A DNA stretch of 64,000 nt from Perkinsus chesapeaki ATCC PRA-425. Taxonomy: Eukaryota > Protista > Perkinsozoa. The position numbers and the translations under genes were made by a program. Numbering within the stretch: position 1 is the stretch's first letter; each line of letters starts with the position of its first letter. Below the pieces are notes generated by a model. The model saw only the letters and a list, made by a program, of their open reading frames with translations, was not told where the DNA came from and did not search any database. Positions 34,749 to 47,701 of this stretch are shown one piece after another. Where the stretch lies: positions 1 through 64,000 of the forward strand of contig JAAPAO010000082.1 of NCBI GenBank assembly GCA_013115145.1. Direction: 5' to 3'.

Positions 34749-35254
34749 TAAATGAGGTAGAACTTGGAGGCGAAACATCCCAACTGACGCTCCGCGTCCA
34801 ATCGCTTATCATCTGAGTTCCGGCGTTATTCAACGGATCTAAGAGGAAACCGCTGGGCGAGCGGTTAACCGTCAAAGTTGTACATTTTCCTATTTTAGCT
34901 TGTCGTATTAATTTCGTTCCTTGCTGGTTGCAGCACTGACGTTTGTGGGAACATTCGTATTGTCAATAACTTGTTGGCTTCGCGCTTTATGCGTAACACA
35001 ATCCTTGTACCGTATGGAAAGTCTGTGTATTAGCATTAGTGATGATACATCACCAGATGACATCTCTCATGAAGTCTTAAATGCTCCATGAACCCGAAAG
35101 ACACTAAACCACATGGAGACGTCAATTACATCACCAGATGCGGGTGCCAGATATTGACAAATACCCCCAAGTAATCAGGGATCATATACGTTAGAACTCC
35201 GCACACAAAAGGGTGGTTATTACGCTTTAGCTACCACGCAAAAAGATATGGAAT

Positions 35255-37075
35255 TCAAAAAGTCGCTCCACTGCACCGAAGGGCTTCCTTCGTATAACGT
35301 TTACAGTTGGAGAAGCCCATGTCTTCGGAGAAATCTCCACCATAGTAGCACCGGACCCACTCCCAATCGTGAATTGCGTACAGTGACCCATCGACATCAA
35401 AAAGAGAGTCGAACTGTTCTTGACTGAGGATCCCCTCAGCAACTGTGCGCGTTTTCAAGTCATTAAGTAAGTTCCAAGAATACTCAATACCACCCGAAGG
35501 ATCGGGATACGAAGTAGAATCGTAGGCGCACATGGAGAGCTTCCAGCAATACTGATCAAGAGTACAAGAACCTTCCAACATGATGGTGATCTTAGCCTTT
35601 AAATTCTCCCATCCAGGTTGAGTACAAACTTCACATTGTTCAGTCATCATGTAATTCATACGATATAAAAGATCATCTTTATAATCTCCATCAATAGCAT
35701 TACGATAAAGCATCATAGTAGCATGATCAGCATATTGCATTATATATTGAGTACCAAGAGGACTATGAGCATCAAGGGTAAAGTCGAACAGCAGCGAGTT
35801 GGGCGCATACCCCATTTTCGCGGTAACGTTACTTCTTATCTGCTGCGCAGTGAGTAACGTCTTTAGGATGTCATCAGGGCTCATGCGCTCTGCATCAAAG
35901 CTCAGTCCTATGGGAGCAACCTGCTGCATATCTTCTGCCATTATATGATCCTCCAAGTACTGCTCGAATGTGCTCAAGAATTGGAGCATTAGAGAGCCGT
36001 TGCGGGTCTTGGTATCACCATAAGTGAGCCATAACCTTTGGTCATTACCGGTGCGTTGGCGCCATTCTTTCATAAAAGGTAGTAGCTTCTCTGCATCATG
36101 AATTCGGTCTGGATTGGTGTTATCAGCAATGTTAACATAAACATCACCAGAGTTCCATAATTTACCAATATCAGAGGCACCAAAGTTAATCAATGATGGA
36201 TCACCCTTCCTCCAATAATCTTGAGACCATGAGTATGTACCAAACCTACGCTCATTCGTTACATTTCGCGTTGGTGCAATATCGGTGGTCGTCGAAGGTG
36301 TTGTAATTTCAGGTGCAATGGTAGTATCACACGGCTGAAAAGACATATCCATGGCGATTCTCCAAAGTTCCTCTTACTGTTGTGCGGCGTAGGCGCGCAT
36401 TGCCTTTCTCGTAATGAATATGCAATTCTGGTTGAGGGTTCTGCTTCAAGCCCTGCCACTGAGCGAAAGGATTCTTCTCCACCCAATCGTCGGCAACAAC
36501 TTCGGGTGATACGGTGAACTGAGGGGAATAATTTCGGGGAAGTCATCAAGACAAAGCAGTCGTTTGTTCCACTAAACTTACAGTCTCGAGATCTCCCCAA
36601 AGGACGGCGAATTGGAGTGCCTCGTACTCGTGCTCGAAATACAGGCTTGTTGGTTTCCCATCACAAGTAGTTGATACTTTATAAGCAGACTCTTCAGTAT
36701 CCCTTCTTGGAGATTCAGTAACAGCCTCACATTTATGCTTGGAGAAGCTACCGCGGTTATCACCAACGAGCTGAAGGATAAAGTGAGACAAGTCGATAAG
36801 CCTCGATGGCTCACCCATATAGTTCTTGGCTCCTTCTGTGTATTGACAGCCTTCGCGATCTGTGAGGCTTCCTTAACGCTATGGATGACCACTTTATTGC
36901 ATTGATCCACGATATCATCCGCGATCTAAAGGTGAGAGGTAACAAGACCATACATCACAGTTCTCACGTGTTCTGTAATGGGTACATCTTGAGCTCCAAC
37001 AAATACTCCCAACGAGATTAGAACGGCCAGAGCAGTTTGCTTCTGGCTCTTAAATGTGGAGGAGGTCAAATTCAT
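35255..37075 (-). CDS. Chimeric secreted protein: signal peptide plus FAxxWG module, spliced to a GH-like TIM-barrel domain
   Basis: MNLTSSTFKSQKQTALAVLISLGVFVGAQDVPITEHV..FAVLWGDLET|FTVSPEV..LRRTT|PCDTT..ERRFGTYSWSQDYW..GLSFDAER..ATMMLYRN; the junction intron is phase 0 and GT-AG. Confidence 0.8.
36437..37009 (-). repeat. Duplicated segment, copy B
   Basis: Near-identical to 28374-28947. Confidence 0.95.
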
Positions 37076-38379
37076 CCGAACGAAGCAGAACCCACAGAGT
37101 GCGCGAAGGCAAAGCTAACGGAAGCAGCGGCTTAGCAGCGTGCCTTCCTCCTCTAGCTCTTTATACGCCTTATATGGACGTCATCATGCGCTTTTCAGTA
37201 GGTACTAGGCCCGTGACGCCGAAACCGTTACACCTGTCACAGATTCCCAGGCTGTTGAAGGAGCTTGATGAACTTACCTATAGTCCAGCAGGATTAGCAT
37301 GCATCATGTATTCGCTATCTTCACTGTATATTAGTCGGGTTTATGTCATCCCAAAAACCAAGAAGGCTGCTTTGCGTAGTACTTTTCCTGTAGTTGGGTC
37401 GTTCGAATTAAACAGCTGCACGCATGCACACTGCGGTATTTCTGCGACCAGCCCTTAGCATCGCTGACCCGGCGAAAGGATAACAAAAATGGGATTCCAT
37501 CGCCCATCTTCGAGGGCCGTCGTAATTTGCGCCGTTCACTTCCGACGTCTTCAACAAACAAGTTGGCTTAGCACCTCGTGGGCAATACAAATGCTAGTCA
37601 AATTATGTGCATTTGCGTTGAAGCTGCACAAAGCTACAATACCTTTAGGGATTTGGCCCAAAACTTTACGGGCTTCCTATGGTGCTACTCTGAGCTGTTC
37701 TCTCCAGATGGCTCCAGTGACCGGAGTTCAGTCACAACGCGTCACTTTCTGCAACATAGCGCTTTGCCGTCAAATGAAGGATACATGCGAGTTTTCTTGG
37801 CCACCTTGTGCGTTGGATCTTTGGTCGACAACATCCGAGCTTTCTCGTGACATGAATACTAAAAGCTTAAAGTAGTTTCAGTATTAAGTTGGCCCGAATA
37901 GCGGCAAGTGCCACTATCATGGGCACAGATACACACCAGTCTAGAATGAAACGGAGGAATACTCATGTCAGACAAGGTTAACAAGGATCAGTGTTAGTGA
38001 CATCCTTGAGCTACTGAGTAGATTGTTACTGCAGCCATGCTTTTGACAGCGTTCCGAAGGCAATATTTATGCCATGCTGATGTCCAGTGCCATCTACTGT
38101 GTTGTCCGAGCGGAGTGGGGGATGCATCATCCATCGATGATCGATCCCCATCATCCCATGCAGTGCCACATGGGGTGGTGGGCCTCCGTGTGATATTGCA
38201 GATGCGCCACTCTAACGTTTATATGGCAAATGTTTCCTGTACTTTTCACTGGTATCCATGGCGATGATACTGACTAGGAATAACACGACAGGCAGTAACA
38301 ACGAAAAGATACATTATTCATGTGAGAGCCTCATCAACACTTCAGATAATATAACGAGAAAACTAAGAGACTGTAGTTG

Positions 38380-41301
38380 TCACTTTCCCATAGCGCGCTC
38401 GAGAATCTTCAATACTGTCATGTTGCCTCCTTCTTTTGCAACGTCCATAGGAGTCTTGCCGGCCTGAAACACGGCATACAGTCGATGCCATCAGAGCTCT
38501 GCTACAGCATCGGCGGCGGTAGGGTCACCATTGCGGGCAAGGAGATAGGATACCTAAAAAGCGAGCTTAGCTCATGTCAACGGCGAAAGTGAACGCACAA
38601 TATCATCGCGGCCTTCCTGTGCCGCCCAATGTAGCGCAGTCCAGCCATCAGCCCACCTCAGGGCTTGCCAGCCATGAGCGTCCACGGCCCGCAAGGCCTC
38701 AGCGAACCTGAACACGCACCAGTCGGCTCCGTAAATCACACGGGATTACTGTTCCGGAACATCCCGGTATACGCCTGAAGCGTCCCCTCTATCATCATCC
38801 AAGGCATGCGCTTCTCTGTAGCGATCAAACAGTTGAACAACCTTCTTATTGCCGACGCCTCGGGCCACCTCGATTGGGGTACGCCCTCTCTGACCACAAC
38901 ATTTGATCAGACACATAAAGGGCCAATACACTATCAGATGCATTGGGATCAGCTCCTTTGTGGAGGAGATATTGACAGATCCTATAATGATTCTTCTGTG
39001 CTGCCCAGTGCTGAACATGACCAACTGTGCTGCCACATTCTTCGTTACAGATAAGCTCACTAGTGCTGTCCACCCCTCGCTCCATTTTAATGTTCGATAA
39101 CCGTGTTTTTCTACAGCATGTAGGGCACGTTGATATACTTCAGGAATATCTATTCAGAAAACGAGCCTAAATTGTTCTAATCTTCTTAGTATTCTAACTA
39201 GTCAAGTTAAGATCAGCCACAGTGGTAGGCGCCGCAGCAGGGCTTTGGGCTGACAGGCACGAGTCGTCGAGATTGCTTCCGTTATAGTATGCCCCCGAGT
39301 CCTCTGGGAACGTAGCGGTATCAAAGTCCGTGGCTCGAGCAGTGGCAAAGGCCGAGCTGGCCGGTTCGACCTTACTCAGGCGATCCGAGGCCGATGAGGC
39401 AAACGGATCAACCTGAGCAAGATGAGCTGCTCCATTATACGAAGAGAGAATGTACGGAGGTCGGAGAATCATCCCGATATACGGGGGCACGAGCTTGCTG
39501 CGGCGGCGGCGGTCTGGGATCAGAGTTGCTCCGGAAATGCATATTAGCATGTTGTGCCTCCAAATACTCCTCCTGCTGCTTTAATGCCTTCAGACTACAA
39601 ACTGTCTTCAGAGAGTCTGACAAGCCATACCTTCAGCGATGGTCTCCTGCCTATACCTCTCGGCCCACTGCTGAGATTGGTCACCGTCATCGCTGTGTCC
39701 ATGGTCTGCATGTTCTCGAAGTCTCGTTGTGCTCCACCGCTACGGGAATCTTACAGTGAAGCATTGGTCATAGTGCGAACAATTGTCATCGTCGACCTAC
39801 CGGATTCGGGCACACCGGTGGCTGCCGATGCCGATGGTACCGAGCCCGTCGACTTTGAGATAACCCGTTCTGACTGTAGCGCTGCCGCAGTAAAGCTGTC
39901 CATCCTCTCACAGTCAGTTTCACTGGTTGTATTGTACCGCGATGGACCTTCATGCAAGAATCCAGAAACGGCGACCATTTTGGCGTACTGTCGTCTCGCT
40001 GATCACTCAACTGTTGCTTATTCTGATGATTCATCACATACTGTCTCGTCGGCATGGCAGCTGGGACCTGCTGCTGACGGAGCTCTCGAGGAGTGGGGGC
40101 CATAGCAGGATTACTGTATTGACAGAAGAGAAGGGTCCCCTCCTCGGTGATCGACGGGCTGACGATGTCGGTCGTTCCGGTGACGCTTCCCACTGAGTGA
40201 CAGAAGGCGCAGGTAAGCCAGAGATTGCAGGCGGCATGTCTTACCCTAGCCTGTTTCCCCTCCGCGGTCTTCCCAGAGCTAGTCGGGGTGAGCCTTGTGT
40301 CACTACGAGGCCGTTCAGCATGGACCGTAGCAGTTGCAGACGACATTGACACCGGTAATGAGGAGGAAGTCCCTGTGAGGTTCATGGGGGAAGGCAATGA
40401 CCGTTGGCTTCCTTGCAGGCTCCCAGGGGTACGAGGCCTGTATAAAATGGTCGAGGCGAGCTGGAGAGCTGGTGAGTGACCTACTTATTAGTTGTTGCAG
40501 TTGGTGATGTATCCTCATGAGGCCTGCGCTGATTCGATAGATGACCGGACGCCACCGACACCGCAGCAGCGCCACTGCGAGCGGATGTGGACGCCGCTGA
40601 GAAAGGATGGTAAAGGCTGACGAGAGGACGGATGATACCTCGAGGAGAGCCAAGACCAAGAAGATGAACTAGTTGCATCCGGAGACCTTCGGCTTCGGCT
40701 ATGGTTGCCTCAACTTCAGCGTAATGTGCCATGACCTGATTTCCAACGATAATGAGCACACCAATGAGGAGATAAGACACCTTGGAGTGGACATCTCCAA
40801 CAGCCCCGGGAGGGATTCCCGATGACCCGAAATTGCCAGAGTGTGGCTGAGCCATCCCCACTGGCAAGCTCATCATGTTACTACTCTGCCTCCCGACAAG
40901 GGGGGCGCTGCCCATCTGACATAGTGTAAAATCTAGATCATGCTCTAATCGTACGAGGAGCTGTCGACTCGGGGAGCCCGGCTGTCTAGCTGGTGACTGG
41001 GGAGGAGGCAGGCCAAGATGGTTCTGGTAGGCCCCACTAGGTGGCGGCATGAGGTGTGCAGAGGACGACAGAAGGGGCGGTGGCAAGTACGAGCCGGATG
41101 TTATCTAACACACACGCTGCCGATGACGACGGACAGCCCTACTGTGGGGGATGTCGTAAAATAGGAGGGGTATGCATGGTGAGGTGGTGGCCCATAGGGC
41201 TGCTGCTGGTGCTGCTGCTGCATAGGGTCGAATGCAGAATGGGCAAAAGGAGATGACGGTGGATGGCCGTATTGATGGGGAAGAGGACCGCTGCTCATCA
41301 T
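38380..41301 (-). CDS. Ankyrin-repeat protein with long low-complexity N-terminus, multi-exon
   Basis: Two modules, KWSEGWTALHWAAQKNH..GADPNASD..GRTPIEVA and RWADGWTALHWAAQEGR..GKTPMDVAKEGG; Pro/His/Gln-rich start. Confidence 0.75.
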
Positions 41302-41809
41302 ACTCTAAAGGATAACTGTAAGGCAGTACTAATAGCACCACTCAGACTGTAAGTAGTGCAGCAGGGTTCTATATCTCAACAAGGGTTTTCGACTAGTTCG
41401 GTATATTATATCATCATCGAACTAGTGCGCAGCGAGCAGGCACGAGGGACTGATGCCCTTGCATTTCTAACGCGTAGCCCCGTACTGCAGATGATCCTAA
41501 AGTGGCAGTAATGATTCACACTATACTATATGCCCCTATGCTAGACATCAGCCTCACCAAACTGGCTTCCTAGTGGGGCTCACAAGCCTGGATTCAACGC
41601 CCAAGTCGAGGTCGACTGATTGACAATAAATAACAACACGACAAGTTCAGCGGTCTGATACAAAAACTCTTCTAGCAGACACGGAGGCTTGGGATATGCC
41701 TCCCAGAGGTGATACCATCAGGCTTCTACAGCCACCATAAAAGATATCATCACTGATAGTAAGCAAGTGTAGCAAGAGGAACTGTTACGAGCATGGTAGA
41801 TATTGTCAG

Positions 41810-42568
41810 TCAAATGGGAGTATCTCGAAGACGCTCATTTATCCGAACCAAGAACTTCATTCTGTTAACTTCCTTCTTCACAGCGTTCCAATCATGAGCC
41901 TCATCACACAAAGTCACCAGACGCGCCTCACAAGCCTTCAGTCTCTCATCGTTCTCCTGGGTGATCCGGGCCAGCTCCTCCTCGTCGCCATCAGCATCAT
42001 CTATTTCCTCATTATATTGAAACATCTCCACTAACACGCTCGGCTCTGGCTTCTCCTCATCAGCATCAACCTTAATACCAGCATGAAGCTCAAGCAAATG
42101 AACAGCTCTCTTCAATGGCGACCTAAGCACGTTGATGGCGTCGTTCACCAAGGCTGAGTGAGCTGCCGCAGTTGTCGTGTCGGCTCCTTCGACACTGGCC
42201 AACTTGTCCGGATGCAGTCTCGTCTGCCACTTTCGATAACTCTGCTCCGCCACCGTGGTATCGAGGTTGAACTTGTGCGGCTGGTTCAAAAGGCTGAAGT
42301 AGTCGACCGGGCACGCACTAGGCTTTGGTGGCTGCAGTGAGTCACATGATGGGCAGAAGGGGGAGAACGTGGTGTTAACGAAGTGGCATTTTGGACAGTC
42401 CAAGCACGGTGTGTAATCCTTCACTTTAGACGGGGAGCATGCCGGACAGTTCTCCGGTATTGTTTGACTTTTGCTTGCCCCCGAGGGAGCCGCGAATGCT
42501 CGATATCGGAGGCGTGCAAAGGGAGGTATCGCTCGGGTAACACAGCGATAGTGGTGATGGCAGAGCAT
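41810..42568 (-). CDS. HSCB: Fe-S cluster co-chaperone HscB/HSC20, intronless
   Basis: Presequence-like N-terminus; CPKC..FCPSCDSLQPP zinc motif; DYFSLL..RLHPDK J-domain; C-terminal helical domain. Confidence 0.93.
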   Translation of the reverse strand: MLCHHHYRCVTRAIPPFARLRYRAFAAPSGASKSQTIPENCPACSPSKVKDYTPCLDCPKCHFVNTTFSPFCPSCDSLQPPKPSACPVDYFSLLNQPHKFNLDTTVAEQSYRKWQTRLHPDKLASVEGADTTTAAAHSALVNDAINVLRSPLKRAVHLLELHAGIKVDADEEKPEPSVLVEMFQYNEEIDDADGDEEELARITQENDERLKACEARLVTLCDEAHDWNAVKKEVNRMKFLVRINERLRDTPI

Positions 42569-43199
42569 AGACGGGAAAAACGGTAGACTAACCGAAATGC
42601 AGCATTAGCGTGTTGGTAAGGATTTGCATCCAGTCTCAGCAACGCAATAACCTTTGAAAAGAGACACTACTCAATGAGCTCATGGGCCAACAGTTTATGT
42701 TATCTCAATTCCTACATGCTTATTAATAGGAAAATACATTGGAACTAACAGCAGCAGCAGCAGCAGCCACGACGACGACGACGTAATGGAAAAACGCGCT
42801 CCTACGCGACTCAGGCGCAGAAGCGAAGGAGACACAATACTCATGGCACTCTTTTGAAAATGAGCGATGAGTAAAGCGGTAAATAATAGTAATGAACCCC
42901 GTAGTCAGCAGCACCAACAGCAGAGATGAGTCTAGACAAGTAGCGGCGGAGTATAATTACGAGTGTAAACGGTGTGGCATACTAGGTGAGAAGACTAAAT
43001 GGAAAAATGCACTCTAGGTGGTCGGCGGCCGTGCCGAATAGGGATCTGAGGCAAGAGTCATGGAGAAAGCGACGAGGAAGTAGGAGCCCGCCTACAGCGT
43101 GAGCTGCTGCCCTAGGCATCGGAGAATGATTAGTCGTCTTCAAGGCAGTGATTAGCCATCTCAGTAGCTGTAGATAGACACTGTTCCTCGTGGTCACCT

Positions 43200-45740
43200 T
43201 TTCGACGGGGGCTTAGTCTATCACCACATTCCCCAACAAGCAGCTGTTGTGAACGACTTCCACAGTTGGCTGCGTTCATCCTGAGCAATGGTCAATAGCC
43301 ACTGTTAAAGCGTGACGATACTACTCCTCAGGACTCCAGTTGCGTACGGGCGGCGGCGGTTGCTCTGTCACGGTATTGTCGCTGTCCGAGATCGACGATG
43401 CCCCTGCCCACATCGTTGCGCCCGCCCATGGACAGCTGTAAACCCTACCGCTCCTCGGATCTCCCAGCGACTGCACCAACTGCGGCGGATGGCGAGCGCC
43501 CTGCCCCTCCCTCAGAACAAATGGTCTGACACAGCACTTTGACGGTTTGTAGTCATCAGAGCTCACGTTGGCAAGAGAGCCTGCTTCGTGGACGAACTGC
43601 GTAGCATCTTTCTACAAGTCTGCTTGTGCATTAATCCTATGGGTCAGGTTTGCTGATGACCGGTGCGAGCGCCAGGGTGTACCGTCATGGCTCGTCTGGT
43701 GGTGTGCCACAGATAAGCCGTCGGGGGTTGCAAGAAGCCAGCCATCTTGGGCCGGATCATCCCATACCGAACCCGATCCTGCCTCTGGGTTCTCCAAGAT
43801 CGGATGCCCTATCGCCACCAGAGGTCTGTAACTAAGCGATCGAATCCCTCTCAACGCAGATCTACCCGTTGTACCAAGCTGGAAGCTGCTGCGCCGCACC
43901 TCGGGAAAGACTGTTGAGTATAGCTTGTATTCCATGACATTTGGCGTATCTTAACACCCCATACAGCGACAAAGGTAACAAGGTGACTAGTACGAGATCC
44001 TGGCGGGTCGCTGGTCCTTGACCGATCTCTGAGACCACCACCGACCTAACTACCAACATCCTACCAAGGCTAGCTCCTCCAGATAGGACCTTCAAAAACC
44101 CCATAGAGGGTTTCGATCATCTCCGCATCTTTGACATTAATAAATACATAGGTACTTGACTCTTTCTGGCGCATATCGTAAGGCATGTAGATGTAGTCCA
44201 TCATGCTCAGGTTGTAACCCGCGTTCCCTACCGCCTACCCCCAACTACTTGCAGGATGCCCGCTGCCGGCACCTACTCTACCTCAAGCAGCTCGGTAAAT
44301 AGCATCGGCTGGGTGTAGTTTCGTGGTACATTACGTACCATAACAGATGTCCTATTATCTATGCCCAGCTTGACCTGCCCCAGGAGGCTGTCAAGGTATA
44401 CAGTGCAAGGTGGTTATACCTTCTGAAGATCTATTTCCAAGGATTGTCGACCTTCATCACAGGAGGGACTGCGACGTCTAAAGTCGGACTCTAGCGAAAG
44501 TGACTAATTTTAAAAATTTACCGATAGCCGAAATTGCCGACGGCTTCAAGGTCTCTAGGTTCGACTACGCGGAACCCATGCTGAGAGTATCTAACAAAGC
44601 TTGTTGATATCTCAAGCACCTCAAGATACTCCCTACAGTTGCATTGCCCAACTGAAGCTATATGGCTGTTGTTGGTTCGGTAGTACAGCAGTTGCTGATG
44701 GTACCGCATCTAACTGGTTCAATGCTTGTCGCATTCGTATGGCCGAGCGTATATCGTAGAACTCAATGACATATCTACTCAGTGACGGCGGAGATTGACC
44801 ATCGTCAATCCCTGCACACCCCACCTGTCTAGGTGAGAGAAGGTCCGCAGACTTGACGTGAGCGAGCCTTCGGATCTATGTCTGACTAGTGCAGACAATG
44901 GTGAGCCAATGCCCTTGGGGTCATCGGTCTCGAAGTCTCCCGGCCATACCATCCTGGAGATGCTACGGACATCTCCGTACTGAACCAACGACTCAGGAAG
45001 CGTACGGCGTTGGTGGGCAAGCTACATGTTCCGAGAAAGCTCGTAACAGAGCTCTTGTGTCACTGTCTGTCTCCCCCGCATACTCTTTCAGTACCCACTC
45101 TGGTGGCACTACCGCTCGGAGGTGAGCTGAAGAATAGGGCACTCACCGAGCATGTCAGCTGGGGTGACAGACTTCATGGCAAGTTAACGCGCCCAACTCC
45201 TCTGGAAAGCCCCATCCCCTCACATGATGAATCCTGAGCCATCCTAACAGCCTTAACCTGCAGTCCAGTATCGGTGCATCTTTTAAAGATGTGATCCTGG
45301 AGATCATAGATAAGCCGAAGGTCGTACATCCCAATCCTGAGGAAACAAGAAACGCTCAGTCCACTGTGGGCTCTACGATCCGTCGAAGTCTCTCAGTGGA
45401 GTACTCATAAATGTCTTATACGATTCCTGTACCGAAGAGCTGTTGAGCTCGAGGATCGAAGTTAACGAATGGAGCCCGAGGCAGCAGCAGCTTACTTGAC
45501 AGTCCCACCAGTCGATGACACACCAGCATCAATACAATATATTTCACCGAGAAGGGGCTGTAATAAAGCTGCAATATGAGCCAGGCAGACTTCGGTCTCG
45601 TAGAACAATATACACAACTGACCTGATGGAGCATACGCCAAGTGGTTGCTAATAACATACTTGAAGTGTGAGCCTCGGTAGGGTTGGACGGAATGGTTTG
45701 CAGTGTGACCTCACATGCCTCATAGCTGTGAGACATTATA
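43200..45740 (-). CDS. Mei2-like RRM RNA-binding protein, multi-exon; ends approximate
   Basis: QYGDVRSI and YVIEFYDIRSAIRMRQAL (RRM), plus the Mei2-type RRM3 signature SVMVRNVPRNYTQPML..MDYIYMPYD. Confidence 0.8.
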
Positions 45741-45853
45741 GAGAACAGATGGCCTGTAAAAAGTGGGCAAGGAGAAATGTGGGAATGCAAGGTAAAAGTT
45801 AAAGATCATATGTTCATCAACCGCTGGAGAAACAGGCGGTGGAATTTTTCGTC

Positions 45854-45877
45854 TTCGATCCCCGGCGAAGTCATTTT
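45854..45877 (+). pseudogene. tRNA 3'-end-like remnant (Val-like) in an intergenic region between divergent genes
   Basis: TTCGATC-CCGG-CGAAGTC-A-TTTTT: B-box, 8 nt and T-run, as in the other relics. Confidence 0.35.
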
Positions 45878-45943
45878 TCCGTCAAATAAATATTTTTCAG
45901 GGAGACAGCAGTCTTGTTATAATTCGCAGTTGAATTGAGTGTT

Positions 45944-47388
45944 ATGGCCTTCGAAGCAGAAGTGAGCCCCATCGAGCGTAAGCTTGCCTTGATGACTCTA
46001 CAGAAGAGGGACAGCAGTGTTAAGAAGATCCTCACACACGCACCGTAACAAGATCATCTTAAAAGCACCTTCGTACTGTTGATTCAGGCACGCAGCCCTG
46101 TTCCATATGAACCATTTACCATCTACTGTTGGAGGGGATCCTACTCCAACATGGGAGAAGTTAGATATAGAAGGATCACTTTATCTAGTTACCACCGTTA
46201 GTGGTCAATTTCGTCTAGTACTTATTGATAACGATCCTCAACCGTCAACATTGGCTGGTGATGCATGGAGTGTTGTCCTTAATAATGACGTAGTGGCTGA
46301 ACAACATGGCCATACGCTACATCTTAGGTCAGTATCTCTCCAATCTCCTTAACCTTGGGAGTATCTTTCTCGGCTTTTAACCTCTGGATTATCTTTCTCA
46401 GCTTTTAACCTCTGGAGTATCTTTCTCGACTTTTGACCTCGGGATTATCCTTCTGATCGTGATGCTCACTTTTCAACCTCCGGAGTATCTTTCTAACCTA
46501 ACTCTGCGGATATATCTTTCTCATTCTAATTTGTATGCTTCTCAGGACCGCCGAGGGTGAAGTCTTTGCTTTATGGTTCGGTCGTCCCGAGATTGCGGAC
46601 AGGGTAAGCAGCTATCAAACGTCTTGCGCCGCCGCACGCCGCAGCTGTCTGTCAGATTTGTTCTTACGTCGGATCTATTTTATCCGCCAGGCCATTGCCT
46701 AGCCCCCCTTCACCATCTGATCTTCTTAAGATGATCCTAGCTCGTAGTCCTAACAAGGATGCAACATCCACAGCGACACCAACTGCCAGTGTAGATGTTA
46801 ATAGCAGTACCAGTAGTGACGTGAACGCTTCAACAACACCTCTATCACAAGGGAACCAGGTGGGGCGGCTTCATTGAGATAACGTGCGTTACGTTGTTTT
46901 GGCAGGGTAAAGCCTACACGCAGACGTCCACTGGCAACAGTGAGGAGACTAACTCAGTTGATGGGTCACCAATCGGCCATACCACCAACTTGGCTGGACA
47001 ACACATTCTGCATTTACTGAGGGCTGGAGGGAACGGTGGCAGCAGAAAGGAACCAACGGAAACGTCTGGGGACGCTGGAGCGCAGGTTATGGCTGATTAC
47101 AGTGGAGAGCGCGCACCGATGGACGGGTCATCAAGCTCATCGTCATCAGAGGAGGAGACACCGACGCAGCAGCAGGGAGGTGTTCGTGTGGATACGTTCC
47201 AAATGCTGGAGGCAGAGTTATCGAAGCCTAATGATGATCATGAGGAGAAGGATAGTGAAGAAGCAATTAAGGAGGAGTCTGAGGATGGACTATATGTTAC
47301 TAAGGATATGTTGCGAGAGGCAATAATAGACGTGGTTAAATCTGACGAGTTCATCAATTTGGTTATTGAACGACTGAGTCGTATATGA
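45944..47388 (+). CDS. DCP1: mRNA-decapping enzyme subunit 1, multi-exon
   Basis: LMTLQKRDSSVKKILTHAPHAALF..WEKLDIEGSLYLV (EVH1-like); C-terminal LREAIIDVVKSDEFINLVIERL trimerisation-like helix. Confidence 0.85.
46349..46525 (+). repeat. Intronic minisatellite of about 28 bp (TTAACCTCTGGAGTATCTTTCTCAGCTT), about 6 degenerate units
   Basis: Units visible directly inside DCP1 intron 46328-46545. Confidence 0.9.
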
Positions 47389-47701
47389 GCTGCCGATCCA
47401 GTTTACGATGTTATTGGCTTATGCCTTTCAATAGCCACAATGTATATCAAATAATCGTGAATAAAGCTTATGTTACTGGGAATCATCACCCGTCATCATC
47501 ATCATTGACTGTAATCCTTGCGTTCTCGCTGGGCATGCCCCCCCTTTCTCCTCCTTTAAACATTGTTGCCGCCCTATCTGCCGCCGTTCATTTACCTGTT
47601 TCTTGCTCTTCTTCTACTTCCACGACCATCACTAAACTATTGTACATTGACATCGCCCTCCTGTTGTGTTACTTCATCGGTGGACCACCTCACCAGTTGC
47701 A

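Noticed and set aside
37940-38275. Small minus-strand spliced ORF (MDTSEKYRKHL..) with a hairpin-containing intron
   Set aside because: About 50 aa with no recognisable motif; the exon chain is speculative.
43739-43750. AGCCATCTTGG partial spliced-leader match
   Set aside because: An 11-nt match inside a coding region, expected by chance.
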